DNA from: Bacteroidota bacterium
GTDB taxonomy: Bacteria > Bacteroidota > Bacteroidia > Cytophagales > Cyclobacteriaceae
DNA: 64,000 nucleotides
Assembly: GCA_047947195.1 (NCBI GenBank)
Contig: CP170458.1
Span: forward strand, 2,727,122-2,791,121
Reading direction: 5' to 3'
Shown here: one piece after another, positions 30,691 to 40,708 of the stretch
Layout: each line of letters opens with the position of its first letter
How positions within the stretch are numbered: the first letter of the stretch is position 1
The notes under the pieces: generated by a model
What the model was told of the DNA's origin: nothing
Seen by the model: the letters and a program-made list of their open reading frames with translations, nothing else
The model's database searches: none
Program-made: the position numbers and the translations under genes

Positions 30691-31281
30691 ATGGATTTTA
30701 GTTTTAGTGAATGGTGGAACTCACTAAGTGTCATTTATCAAATCTATTGGGGCTTTGCAATCCCATTCACCCTTATTTTTATTATTCAGATGGTATTAAC
30801 CTTCATTGGTGGGGATCTGGAAGTGGATGGAAATGCAGACTTTGATGTAGAAACTGATCATGGGGCTGGTTTTCAATTCTTTACACTCAAGAATTTTGTA
30901 GCATTTTTCACTATTTTCGCTTGGACCGGACTTGCGAGCTTGAATTCTGGCTTTAGTATTGAAACGACGATAATCCTGTCAATAATCGGAGGTATCATAA
31001 TGATGGTACTTATGGGTCTGATATTCTACTATTTCAGCAGATTGACCGACAGTGGAACGCTCAATATTAACAATGCCGTTGGAGGTTTGGGAGAAGTTTA
31101 TCTAACAATCAAATCGAAAAGAAGTAACATTGGAAAAGTTCATATTAAAGTTCAAAGTTCACTAAGGGAACTAGATGCCATAACAGATGACAAAGATGAT
31201 ATCCCGACTGGTGCAGTTGTCTCTGTAAAGGACGTCCTTAATAACGGTATACTATTAGTTTCTAAATCCTCAAATGTATGA
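30691..31281 (+). CDS. YqiJ/NfeD-like membrane protein (flotillin partner).
   Basis: N-terminal transmembrane helices are followed by a C-terminal OB-like soluble domain. It overlaps the downstream flotillin gene by ATGA. Confidence 0.55.
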   Translation: MDFSFSEWWNSLSVIYQIYWGFAIPFTLIFIIQMVLTFIGGDLEVDGNADFDVETDHGAGFQFFTLKNFVAFFTIFAWTGLASLNSGFSIETTIILSIIGGIIMMVLMGLIFYYFSRLTDSGTLNINNAVGGLGEVYLTIKSKRSNIGKVHIKVQSSLRELDAITDDKDDIPTGAVVSVKDVLNNGILLVSKSSNV

Positions 31282-32723
31282 GTTCTTTCATAATAATTAT
31301 TGCAGTTTCAGTCGTATTCATTTTTATACTGCTGATCGGGCTTTTTCAGCGCTATAAAAGATGTCCTTCAGATAGAATACTTGTTGTATATGGAAAAGTT
31401 GGTCGAGGCAGTGATGACCAGGGACTTTCAGCTAAATGTATCCATGGTGGAGCAGCTTTCATTTGGCCGGTCATTCAGGATTATGAATTTCTGGATTTAA
31501 CCCCTATTTCAATCGAAGTAATGCTTACAAATGCTTTGAGTAGACAGAACATCAGAGTTGACGTCCCTTCAAGGTTTACTGTCGGAATTTCTACTGAACA
31601 AGGTATTATGAACAATGCCGCTGAGCGCTTACTTGGCCAATCACAAGAAAACATTCATGATCTGGCAAAAGATATCATTTTTGGTCAGTTGCGTCTCGTC
31701 GTAGCAACTATGGATATTGAAGAGATCAATAGTAATAGGGATAAATTCCTCGCAAATGTTGCATCAAATGTTGAGGCAGAATTAAAGAAAATTGGACTTA
31801 AACTCATTAATGTTAACGTAACTGATATAAAGGATGAATCTGGATATATCGAAGCTCTTGGAAAAGAAGCTGCTGCAAAAGCGATCAATGATGCTAGAAA
31901 AAGTGTAGCTGAAAAGGACCGCGATGGATCTATTGGGGAAGCAAACGCACATCAGGATCAACGTGTCAAGGTTGCTATGGCTAATGCTCAGGCGGTTGAG
32001 GGAGAAAATACCGCTAAGATCACCATCGCAAATTCTGATGCCGCAAGGAGGGAAAAAGAGGCGGAGGCACAAAAAATCGCAATCGCTGCTGAAAAGGTCC
32101 AGACAGCAAAAGCTTTAGAAGAAGCCTATGCTGCTGAGCAAGAGGCTGAACTTGCAAGAGCAAATAGAGACAAAGCTTCTCAAACAGCAGATATTGTAAT
32201 TCCTGCACAAATAGACAAAGAGAAAGTCGAAATTGCTGCTGAAGCAGAGGCTGAAATGATTCGAAGAAAAGCCAGAGGTGAAGCCGATGCTATTTTGTTT
32301 AAGAAGGAAGCTGAAGCGAAAGGTATATTCGAGGTTCTCACTAAACAAGCTGAAGGATTTAAAAAGATTGTGGAAGCAGCGGGAAGCAATTCCAAAGATG
32401 CTGTTCTTCTCATAATTGCTGACAAGCTTGCTGAGCTTGTGAAGCTACAAACAGAAGCAATTAAAAACATTAAAATTGATAAGATCACAGTCTGGGATAG
32501 CGGAAATGGAGAAGGAGACAAGTCCTCAACTGCAAACTTTATCTCAGGTCTTTATAAATCAGTTCCACCACTACAGGAGATGTTTGGAATGGCAGGAATG
32601 GATTTACCAGATTACCTAAAAGGTAAGTCTGTTAAGGAAATTCAGGATATGGCTGAAAATGTGAAAAAAGAGAAAGAAACCGAGGATAAGTCAAAACCTG
32701 AAAAAAACAAACCAAAAAAATAA
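31278..32723 (+). CDS. Flotillin/SPFH (band 7) family protein, YqiK-like.
   Basis: An N-terminal transmembrane segment is followed by an SPFH domain and a long Ala/Glu-rich coiled coil. Confidence 0.85.
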   Translation: MSSFIIIIAVSVVFIFILLIGLFQRYKRCPSDRILVVYGKVGRGSDDQGLSAKCIHGGAAFIWPVIQDYEFLDLTPISIEVMLTNALSRQNIRVDVPSRFTVGISTEQGIMNNAAERLLGQSQENIHDLAKDIIFGQLRLVVATMDIEEINSNRDKFLANVASNVEAELKKIGLKLINVNVTDIKDESGYIEALGKEAAAKAINDARKSVAEKDRDGSIGEANAHQDQRVKVAMANAQAVEGENTAKITIANSDAARREKEAEAQKIAIAAEKVQTAKALEEAYAAEQEAELARANRDKASQTADIVIPAQIDKEKVEIAAEAEAEMIRRKARGEADAILFKKEAEAKGIFEVLTKQAEGFKKIVEAAGSNSKDAVLLIIADKLAELVKLQTEAIKNIKIDKITVWDSGNGEGDKSSTANFISGLYKSVPPLQEMFGMAGMDLPDYLKGKSVKEIQDMAENVKKEKETEDKSKPEKNKPKK

Positions 32724-32734
32724 GTGTTTGCTTG

Positions 32735-33721
32735 CTAAGCAAAATACTTCTCAGCAGCAGCTCCTTTAAAGGATTCTCTTGGCTTAAGGTTCAAAGTTTG
32801 GAACATCGCTTTATCCTCATCTACTCCATTATTGGGTGTAGTCAGTAGCTCGTCGCCAGCAAAGATTGAATTAGCCCCGGCAAGAAAGCACAATGCTTGC
32901 TCTTCAACCGACATTCTTACTCTCCCTGCTGATAATCTTACCATAGCCTTTGGCATGATGATCCGGGCTGTGGCAATCATCCGTACCATATCCCATACAG
33001 AAACCTTTGGTTGGTCTTCTAATGGTGTACCTGGAACCGGAACTAACGCATTGACAGGGACAGATTCAGGATGTTCTGGCAGCGTAGCTAATGTATGCAG
33101 CATTTCAATCCGGTCTTCATTGGTCTCGCCCATTCCGATAATGCCTCCCGAGCAAACTGAAATGTCAGCTTCACGAACATTCTTTAAGGTATCCAACCGA
33201 TCATCATAGGTTCTGGTACTAATGATCTCTTCGTAATGTTCCTCTGAGGTATCCAGGTTGTGATTATAGGCATACAGGCCGGCATCTTTTAGCTTCTTGG
33301 CCTGATCTTCAGTCAACATACCTAATGTACAGCAAACTTCCATCCCCATGGCATTGACTCCTTTCACCATATCAATGACCTTATCGAAATCCTTGTTATC
33401 CCGCACTTCCCTCCAGGCGGCACCCATACAAAATCGGGTACTTCCGTTTTCTTTGGCAGTACGGGCCTTATTGATTACAAAGTCGACATCCAGCAACTTC
33501 TGAACTTTAACATCAGTATGGTATCTGGCAGCTTGTGGACAATAACTGCAATCTTCTGGACATCCCCCGGTTTTAATTGACAACAAGGTACATACCTGCA
33601 CCTCAGATGGATCATTATATGCTCTGTGAACAGATGCTCCCTGATAGATCAACTCCAGAATAGGTTGATTAAATATTTTAGTGATTTCTTCCTTGGTCCA
33701 GTCGTTTCTTGTCTGCATCAA
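32735..33721 (-). CDS. bioB: Biotin synthase.
   Basis: It has the radical-SAM CPEDCSYC motif and characteristic BioB C-terminal motifs. Confidence 0.92.
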   Translation of the reverse strand: MMQTRNDWTKEEITKIFNQPILELIYQGASVHRAYNDPSEVQVCTLLSIKTGGCPEDCSYCPQAARYHTDVKVQKLLDVDFVINKARTAKENGSTRFCMGAAWREVRDNKDFDKVIDMVKGVNAMGMEVCCTLGMLTEDQAKKLKDAGLYAYNHNLDTSEEHYEEIISTRTYDDRLDTLKNVREADISVCSGGIIGMGETNEDRIEMLHTLATLPEHPESVPVNALVPVPGTPLEDQPKVSVWDMVRMIATARIIMPKAMVRLSAGRVRMSVEEQALCFLAGANSIFAGDELLTTPNNGVDEDKAMFQTLNLKPRESFKGAAAEKYFA

Positions 33722-33811
33722 CTTCTATTTTGATTTGGCAAATTAACCATTAAATGAACTTTTCAAAACTGATAAATCATATTTATCACAATGAAATCCT
33801 CAGTTATTACT

Positions 33812-35557
33812 TTAGTTTATTTGAAGGTTACCAGGCAATATAGCCTGTATTCCATTCATCCGCTGAAGGAACTCAATTTGTTTAAGATAAGGTGATAGCA
33901 AACTACTTTTGTTAAATATCCGGGCATCAGCTTCGTCATTCAACCTTCCTAAAAGCTGTTCAATATAAGGCTTAGGTCTTGGATAAAAGCTAAGCCTGTA
34001 GTCATCTGATACACCTCCCATTTCTGCAGCTATTTCTATGGCATCATCAAATGACCCCAATACATCAACCAATTTTTTATCATAGGCCTGCTCACCTGTC
34101 CAGACACGACCACCAGCCACATCCATTACATCTTCCGTGGATAGGCCTCTTCCTTCTGCCACTTTGGAAATAAAGGTTTTATATCCATCTTCTATCCTGG
34201 TTTGAATGATTTGTCTCTCTTGTGTGGTAAGTGACCTGGTGACATTAAAAATATCTGAATAATCGCCTGTTTTAACCCCATCATTTGTGATCCCCAGCTT
34301 ATTCTCAAGGAAACCACCAAAATTGAAAAGCACACCAAATATTCCAATAGAACCTGTAATGGTATTCGGTTGGGCGACTATAGTATCACAAGGTGCTGAG
34401 ATATAATAACCACCTGATGCTGCCATATCCGACATACTTGCAATGATGGGTTTAACCCCTTTGGTAAGTTGAATTTCCCGCCAGATCATATCGGATGCTG
34501 TCATGCTTCCTCCTGGCGAATTCACTCTCAATACAATGGCTTTTATTGAGCTACTTTCACGGGCTTTTCGGATTTCTCTCGCAAACTGCTCACCTCCAAT
34601 AGCATTCTCAGCATTCCCCATGATTATCTCTCCATTTGCTACAATGACAGCTATTTTGTTCGCTGAATATTCGGTTCTTTCTGACTTTGCTGCTTTTGAA
34701 TAGTTATTGACTGAAATGAAGTTGATCGTTTGGTCCTCATCTAAGCCAATCTCTTTCCGGATTGCCGTTTTTATTTCATCTTCATACGCAACCAATGAAA
34801 CCAATCCATTTTCTACCGCATCCTCCGGAGACTGGACTTTCATTTCATCAGAAATTTCTTTGAGTGATTCTACAGACGTATTCAGGTTGTCGCTCACATC
34901 ACTTAAATAGGTATGATGTATTGATTCAATAAGCTCAGAAAGTTGCTCTTTATTTTCAGGGCTTAGGTCTTTGCGTAAGAATGGTTCGACAGCACTCTTA
35001 TAAGTACCAACCCTGAAAATCTCGGGTTCTATTTCCAGTTTATCCAATAGCCCCTTAAAAAAGGTGACATTGGCAGAGAGTCCATTGAATTCCAGGGATT
35101 CCTCAGGATTCAGATAAATCTTATCCGCTACAGAAAGTAAATAATAATTTCCCTCTGTAATATATTCACCGTAGGCATAAACAAATTTCCCAGATTCTTT
35201 AAAATCTTCAATTACACCTCTTAACTCCCTCAAAGAAGACTGGCCTGCAGCGAAAAAACCAGATTCAATATATACACCCTCTATCCTGCTATCAACTTTT
35301 GCTTCCTTAATGGCTTCAATGGCATCCATTAAACTCATCGGCGCTGGACCATTACTCATTAACTCCTGTAATGGATCTTCTTCCGCCTTTTCAACAAGCA
35401 TTCCACTGAGATTGATGTATAAGACAGAATTATCATTCACTATGGGCATTTCACCTGATGATGCCAATGAGAGCATTCCAATCAGGATCATAAACCCAAG
35501 GAAAGAGAAAATAAACAATCCCACCAATGTGGCCAACAAATTTCTAAGGAATGCCAT
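33812..35557 (-). CDS. sppA: Signal peptide peptidase SppA (67K type, protease IV).
   Basis: A 581 aa protein with tandem ClpP-like domains and an N-terminal transmembrane segment. Confidence 0.85.
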   Translation of the reverse strand: MAFLRNLLATLVGLFIFSFLGFMILIGMLSLASSGEMPIVNDNSVLYINLSGMLVEKAEEDPLQELMSNGPAPMSLMDAIEAIKEAKVDSRIEGVYIESGFFAAGQSSLRELRGVIEDFKESGKFVYAYGEYITEGNYYLLSVADKIYLNPEESLEFNGLSANVTFFKGLLDKLEIEPEIFRVGTYKSAVEPFLRKDLSPENKEQLSELIESIHHTYLSDVSDNLNTSVESLKEISDEMKVQSPEDAVENGLVSLVAYEDEIKTAIRKEIGLDEDQTINFISVNNYSKAAKSERTEYSANKIAVIVANGEIIMGNAENAIGGEQFAREIRKARESSSIKAIVLRVNSPGGSMTASDMIWREIQLTKGVKPIIASMSDMAASGGYYISAPCDTIVAQPNTITGSIGIFGVLFNFGGFLENKLGITNDGVKTGDYSDIFNVTRSLTTQERQIIQTRIEDGYKTFISKVAEGRGLSTEDVMDVAGGRVWTGEQAYDKKLVDVLGSFDDAIEIAAEMGGVSDDYRLSFYPRPKPYIEQLLGRLNDEADARIFNKSSLLSPYLKQIEFLQRMNGIQAILPGNLQIN

Positions 35558-35640
35558 AAGCTATTTTATGTAAATTCGATGCAAATCTAAACAACCAATA
35601 TTTTAAACGTTTGGTTGAAAATAAGATATCATAAATCTGG

Positions 35641-36147
35641 ATGAACGGAATTTATCTTCTTTTGGGGAGCAATATTGATGATAGATTGGTGGCATTGAAA
35701 AAAGCAATTCGTCTTTTGAAAGAAAAGGATATCAAAATCGAAGCTACTTCATCCATTTATGAAACTGCACCATGGGGTATTACTGAGCAGAACTGGTTTC
35801 TTAATGTTGGCTTAAAAGTCACTACTCAATTGAATCCGAAAGGATTGCTTGAAGTATGCCAAAAAGTGGAACAGGAACTGGGCAGGGTAAGAAAACTTAA
35901 ATGGGGACCTAGAAAAATAGACATCGATATTCTCTACTATGATGATCAGGTAATTAATTTAGATGTATTGAAAGTCCCACATCCAGGTATACCCGATAGG
36001 AAATTCACCCTTATCTTATTAGACGAAATCGCTGCAGATGAAATACATCCGATCTTTAAGAAAACTCAGACTGAATTACTGAACGCTTGCTCAGACAATT
36101 CTGAATGTAGAAAAACCAATTACCAACACGACATTGACCTGGATTGA
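35641..36147 (+). CDS. folK: 2-amino-4-hydroxy-6-hydroxymethyldihydropteridine pyrophosphokinase.
   Basis: It has YLLLGSN...YETAPWG and the HPK signature. Confidence 0.9.
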   Translation: MNGIYLLLGSNIDDRLVALKKAIRLLKEKDIKIEATSSIYETAPWGITEQNWFLNVGLKVTTQLNPKGLLEVCQKVEQELGRVRKLKWGPRKIDIDILYYDDQVINLDVLKVPHPGIPDRKFTLILLDEIAADEIHPIFKKTQTELLNACSDNSECRKTNYQHDIDLD

Positions 36148-36883
36148 AGGAATAATACTTTTTGGTGTAGGTGTATTCACTGGTTTTCTGAATACGGTTG
36201 CCGGAGGTGGATCTTTACTTACCCTACCCGTAATGATCTTTATGGGATTGCCGGGTACTGTAGCTAACGCCAGCAACCGGGTTGCCATCTTTATTTCCGG
36301 ATTAGTCGCAGTAAAAGGTTTCCAAAGTAAAGGAGTGACCGTATTTCCCTATGCCTGGTGGGTAACTATCTCAGCTTGCATAGGTGCAGCCATTGGGGCC
36401 TACTTTGCCACAGATATCCGCAATGATCTTTTTAACAAGATCCTGGCAGTAGTCATGGTGATTGTGCTGGGTACGATCATTTTCAAACCAAAAACCAAAG
36501 TTGGGTCGGAGGAAACTTTCAGTCGAAAAAAAAATGCACTCAGCGTCCTTGTATTCTTTTTCCTGGGAATATACGGAGGATTCATCCAGGCAGGTGTAGG
36601 TTTCCTTGTCATCGCGACACTCACCGGAATACATGGTTTTAATATGGCTAAAACCAACAGCATTAAAGTATTCGTGATATCCTGCTATACGTTACTCGCA
36701 CTCATCATCTTTTTTATCGAAGACAAAATCAGATGGGACTTTGGGCTTGTCCTAGCTGCTGGGAACTCATTGGGATCCTGGATAGCCAGCAGATGGTCAG
36801 TGGATAAGGATGATAAGCTGATACAAGGATTTTTGGTAGTGGCCGTTCTAGGTTTGGCTATCAAGTTGTGGTTTTTTGGATAA
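36134..36883 (+). CDS. TauE/SafE family sulfite/anion exporter-like membrane protein.
   Basis: GGGSLLTLPVM and ASNRV are conserved TauE motifs. Confidence 0.75.
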   Translation: MTWIEGIILFGVGVFTGFLNTVAGGGSLLTLPVMIFMGLPGTVANASNRVAIFISGLVAVKGFQSKGVTVFPYAWWVTISACIGAAIGAYFATDIRNDLFNKILAVVMVIVLGTIIFKPKTKVGSEETFSRKKNALSVLVFFFLGIYGGFIQAGVGFLVIATLTGIHGFNMAKTNSIKVFVISCYTLLALIIFFIEDKIRWDFGLVLAAGNSLGSWIASRWSVDKDDKLIQGFLVVAVLGLAIKLWFFG

Positions 36884-36932
36884 GTAACATACTTTTCCCC
36901 TAATCAGGTAATTTCGCTCTAATTTAGAATTT

Positions 36933-38423
36933 ATGGGTATCGTCATCCGTCAAAGTTTTTGGAGCTCAGCACTGATATATATTGGAGTTGCTTTTGGATA
37001 TGTCAACACATTGATACTCCTGCCTTATTTCATGGATATAGAGCACGTGGGTCTGGTTAGATTGATCCAATCAAATGGGATGATCCTGCTACCAGTTGTG
37101 GTACTAGGTCTTAATGGCTCCTACATTAAATTCTATCCCCAATTCAAAGAAAACATTACTGAAAAACATAAGCAATTCAGTATGCAAATAGTGTCAATTC
37201 TGTTAGCATCGCTCGTGTTTTGCATACTGATCTATCTCTTCCAGGATCAAATCAGGTCTTTATTTGAAGAAAAATCTGAACTTTATAACGATTACATTTT
37301 TGCTTCCCTGGTCATACTTGTTTCTCAGGCCCTTTTCAATTATCTGATCGCCGTCGTTTGGTCAGAATACAATATCACGATTCCCAACTTCCTTAATGAA
37401 GTGGCTCTGCGCTCAATGGTTTTTGCATGTATCCTGCTCTACGGTTTTAAGGTCGTGGATTTTGGTGATTTCATCCTTCTGGTTCTGTTTTCCTACACCT
37501 CTATTACAGTTATTCTTTACCTGGTATTGATCATTAAATATGAGTTTAGATTCAATTGGAAATTTTATACCCTTGACATCAATTGGCTGAAGAAAAATTT
37601 TGGATTTGGAAGCTATACCATGCTGATAACTACCTGTAGTTCTATTGTAGCGAATGTTAGTTATTTACTAACTTCTTCAATGGTAGGATTGGAAGCTAAT
37701 GGAATTTTAATCATCTCGGTGTTTATCAGTACTATTATCGAACTCCCAAAAAGAGTAATCACTCAGATTATCTCACCTTTCATAACACAAAATTTCAATG
37801 ATAAAAAGCTTGAAAATATCAATAAAGATTACCAAAGGAGTTCAATTAATCTGGGTCTGATAAGTTTACTTCTTGGAATTGGAATCATCACTAATCTGGA
37901 AGACCTGTTTTTGACGATTCCAAAAGGTGATGTACTAAGTACGGGTTTTACTGTTATCGTCATCCTGGGATTTGCACGGGTATTTAGCATGATTAGCAGC
38001 ATCTCGGCAGAGATTCTCACTTATTCGGAATACTATAGGTTAAATATCATTGTAACCATAGCTACTGCCGTTATAATTATTGGATTAAACTTTTTACTGA
38101 TCCCACAATATGGAATTGTAGGAGCTGCCCTTAGCATATTCATCAGCAATGTTTTTTCAAACGGGGCTAAAATGTTGATCTTGTTCAGCAAGTATCACTT
38201 TAGTCCTTTTGTGAAAGAACATATTTATTTGATTCTAATATCGTTTTTAGCTTTTAGTGTAGCGTATTATCTTCCTTACAAGTTTGAGCCGGTTATCAAT
38301 ATTTTGGTAAGGTCTGTTGTGACAGCAATTGTTTTTCTGACACTCTGCCTATGGTTCAAAATATCCTTAGAAGTTAATAATCTGCTTAATAAGGCTTTGG
38401 GAATCCTAAAGAGAATACGATAA
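36933..38423 (+). CDS. Polysaccharide flippase (Wzx/MOP superfamily).
   Basis: A 496 aa protein with about 12-14 transmembrane helices. This is the typical O-antigen flippase architecture. Confidence 0.7.
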   Translation: MGIVIRQSFWSSALIYIGVAFGYVNTLILLPYFMDIEHVGLVRLIQSNGMILLPVVVLGLNGSYIKFYPQFKENITEKHKQFSMQIVSILLASLVFCILIYLFQDQIRSLFEEKSELYNDYIFASLVILVSQALFNYLIAVVWSEYNITIPNFLNEVALRSMVFACILLYGFKVVDFGDFILLVLFSYTSITVILYLVLIIKYEFRFNWKFYTLDINWLKKNFGFGSYTMLITTCSSIVANVSYLLTSSMVGLEANGILIISVFISTIIELPKRVITQIISPFITQNFNDKKLENINKDYQRSSINLGLISLLLGIGIITNLEDLFLTIPKGDVLSTGFTVIVILGFARVFSMISSISAEILTYSEYYRLNIIVTIATAVIIIGLNFLLIPQYGIVGAALSIFISNVFSNGAKMLILFSKYHFSPFVKEHIYLILISFLAFSVAYYLPYKFEPVINILVRSVVTAIVFLTLCLWFKISLEVNNLLNKALGILKRIR

Positions 38424-39029
38424 CCTGATTATATCCAACTCTACTTCAATCTTATTGCTTTTAACCTTTTGGGTTAGAAGATGTCGAATCTCTTCCAATG
38501 TAGGGTAACCATTTGTTCCGTCGAAACATCTGGCATCATCTATTAGGATTTCATGAGCTATCTTACTTTCTGTAATTGCTTTCAGCTCATTTAAGACCGG
38601 ACAATTACTTTCAGCTGTCTCACCTCCTGAAAAATGTCCATCCAGCCAAAAAAGTGTGGGTTCATTTAGATCTTTGATCAATTCAGGCAATACCTGCGCA
38701 CTGTCTCCAAAAAGAATTTTTATATGGTCATATGAACGAAATCGCGTTTCAGCTCTTTCATAAAATACAGGACTTAATTCAATGGAATAGATCTTACTAA
38801 AGTTCTTCCTTTGTGCAAAGATCATATTCCCCAAATAGGTTCCGGTTTCAACAAGCACTTTAAGGCCCTTTTCACTGGCAACTTTACTGACCACTTCCTG
38901 CTTTACCTTATTGGGAGGAGGTATTGGCTTTCCTCTCAATTTCCACCGTTGCTTTTGTAAAGCAGATAAAATATTAAAACCCAATTGCCTAATTGGGGTA
39001 GGGAGATATTCTTTTAATGAACCTGACAT
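38406..39029 (-). CDS. Class I SAM-dependent methyltransferase (macrocin-O-MT/TylF-like).
   Basis: VLVETGTYLGNM is a motif-I-like segment, and FWLDGH is present. Confidence 0.5.
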   Translation of the reverse strand: MSGSLKEYLPTPIRQLGFNILSALQKQRWKLRGKPIPPPNKVKQEVVSKVASEKGLKVLVETGTYLGNMIFAQRKNFSKIYSIELSPVFYERAETRFRSYDHIKILFGDSAQVLPELIKDLNEPTLFWLDGHFSGGETAESNCPVLNELKAITESKIAHEILIDDARCFDGTNGYPTLEEIRHLLTQKVKSNKIEVELDIIRLSYSL

Positions 39030-39152
39030 TTCCTAATTAACTAAAAATCGTATCCTTGCACATAATTACCATAATTCATTATAATCATCAAAGGAGTTAT
39101 CACATTAAGACCTGTAGGAGGATTATGTAACCGATTATTCGCTATCGATTCA

Positions 39153-39923
39153 ATGATAAGAATCTGCGAAACTATTGAAAAAGATCTAAAAATCATTTGG
39201 ATCAAAAATGAAGATCTGGGATCTCCATTCAAAGAATTATATCACCCATTAAATCACCCTACGGTCAAAACAGAGTTAATAGAATTGAATAAACGTCCTT
39301 TCCTATATTCCGACAGACTGTTAGGCAACCCACGGCAAAAGTTATATAATGCATTTCTTAAGCAATATCAAAAATTCTACTTTGATAAAGTCCTGCATGC
39401 CAGGGAAACAGCCCTTCTGAAAACAAAAGGGTACGATTTCCTTAATCTAAAAAATTATCAAAAACCTTATATTTCATCGTGGGGTAAGATGGATGATAAG
39501 ACTTTCAATTCAAGCATCTTTGAACCAGTTGATTCTATCAAACCTGAAATCATAACTTTTAAAACACCAACCATTGGAGTTCATATCAGAAGAACGGATC
39601 ATTCATTAGTAATTAATAAAACACCCCTGGAAAGATTTTATCAGATGATGGATCAAGAGCTTATTGAAGATCCAAAAGTAAAGTTCTTCGTTGCCTCCGA
39701 TTCGGCTGAAGTCAAAGTAGAGTTAGAGAAAAGATACCCTGATCATTTAATTACTACTTCGCCATTAAAATCTGAAAGGGGCTCCTCAAAAGGTATGATA
39801 AATGCAATGATTGATCTATATTCTTTAGCTAATACAAAAAAAATCATTGGTACGAGCTTAAGTACATTTACCCTTATGGCTAGTGAAATCAAGGGTATCA
39901 AATTAATTGAGATTGGTAAATGA
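39153..39923 (+). CDS. GT11-like fucosyltransferase-fold glycosyltransferase. Coordinates run from the first canonical ATG, but the conserved N-terminal motif lies upstream (39075-39152) with no ATG/GTG/TTG.
   Basis: It has a GVHIRRTDH motif (cf. HIRRGDY) and FFVASD. Upstream and in frame is RPVGGLCNRLFAIDS, which resembles the GGLGNQMF motif. Confidence 0.55.
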   Translation: MIRICETIEKDLKIIWIKNEDLGSPFKELYHPLNHPTVKTELIELNKRPFLYSDRLLGNPRQKLYNAFLKQYQKFYFDKVLHARETALLKTKGYDFLNLKNYQKPYISSWGKMDDKTFNSSIFEPVDSIKPEIITFKTPTIGVHIRRTDHSLVINKTPLERFYQMMDQELIEDPKVKFFVASDSAEVKVELEKRYPDHLITTSPLKSERGSSKGMINAMIDLYSLANTKKIIGTSLSTFTLMASEIKGIKLIEIGK

Positions 39924-40705
39924 AGAACTTACTCAAAAAAATACTTGGAGTAATTGCCGGGAAAAGCTCGACTCAATCCCTTTTTGAATCGCTATATAAA
40001 GTAGGGCTTTTTGGGATGAATGTAGGGGGTACAAGTGATATTAAAACAAATGGCGAACTGCATGTTCTACAAATTCTTAAGAAGAATCTAAGGGAAAACC
40101 CTATCATATTTGATGTTGGAGCAAATGTGGGTGAATACATTGAATCAGTCTTGAAAGTATTTCAGGATGTGGAAGTTCATGCATTTGAACCCCTAAAAAA
40201 TAATATCAAACAACTATCTGATAAATTTGGAAATACGTCCAATGTAATCATTATTCAAAAAGGATTGGGAGACAGTAAAGGAAAAACAACGATTCATTTC
40301 AATCCTGCCCTGGGTTCCATGGCATCCGTTTATAAAAGAAAACTAGCTCACCATAACGTAGAAATAACTACTCAGGAGGAAATTGAAATAGAAACAATAT
40401 CCAACTATTGCAAAGAGAATAATCTGGATCAAATTGATTTTCTAAAGCTTGACATCGAAGGACATGAACTGGCTGCATTAAGAGGAGCCAAAACTTTGCT
40501 TATCCAGAATAAGATCAAATACATCCAGTTCGAATTTGGTGGGACCAACATTGACTCCAGAACCTTTTTTCAGGATTTTTGGTATTTGCTTAGTCCCAAT
40601 TATAAGATCTATCGAATCCTGAAAAATGGATTAAGAGAAATCAAATCTTATAATGAAAACAATGAGATTTTCGGATACATCAATTACTTCGCCGCATTGA
40701 AATAA
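39920..40705 (+). CDS. FkbM-family methyltransferase.
   Basis: FDVGANVGEY...AFEP is the FkbM signature. Confidence 0.75.
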   Translation: MKNLLKKILGVIAGKSSTQSLFESLYKVGLFGMNVGGTSDIKTNGELHVLQILKKNLRENPIIFDVGANVGEYIESVLKVFQDVEVHAFEPLKNNIKQLSDKFGNTSNVIIIQKGLGDSKGKTTIHFNPALGSMASVYKRKLAHHNVEITTQEEIEIETISNYCKENNLDQIDFLKLDIEGHELAALRGAKTLLIQNKIKYIQFEFGGTNIDSRTFFQDFWYLLSPNYKIYRILKNGLREIKSYNENNEIFGYINYFAALK

Positions 40706-40708
40706 ATT

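Noticed and set aside
32727-32743. Hairpin TGCTT-gct-AAGCA between the convergent flotillin and bioB genes, as a possible bidirectional terminator.
   Set aside because: The stem is only 5-6 bp and AT/GC-mixed, and neither strand has a proper U-tract directly 3' of it. It is too weak to call.
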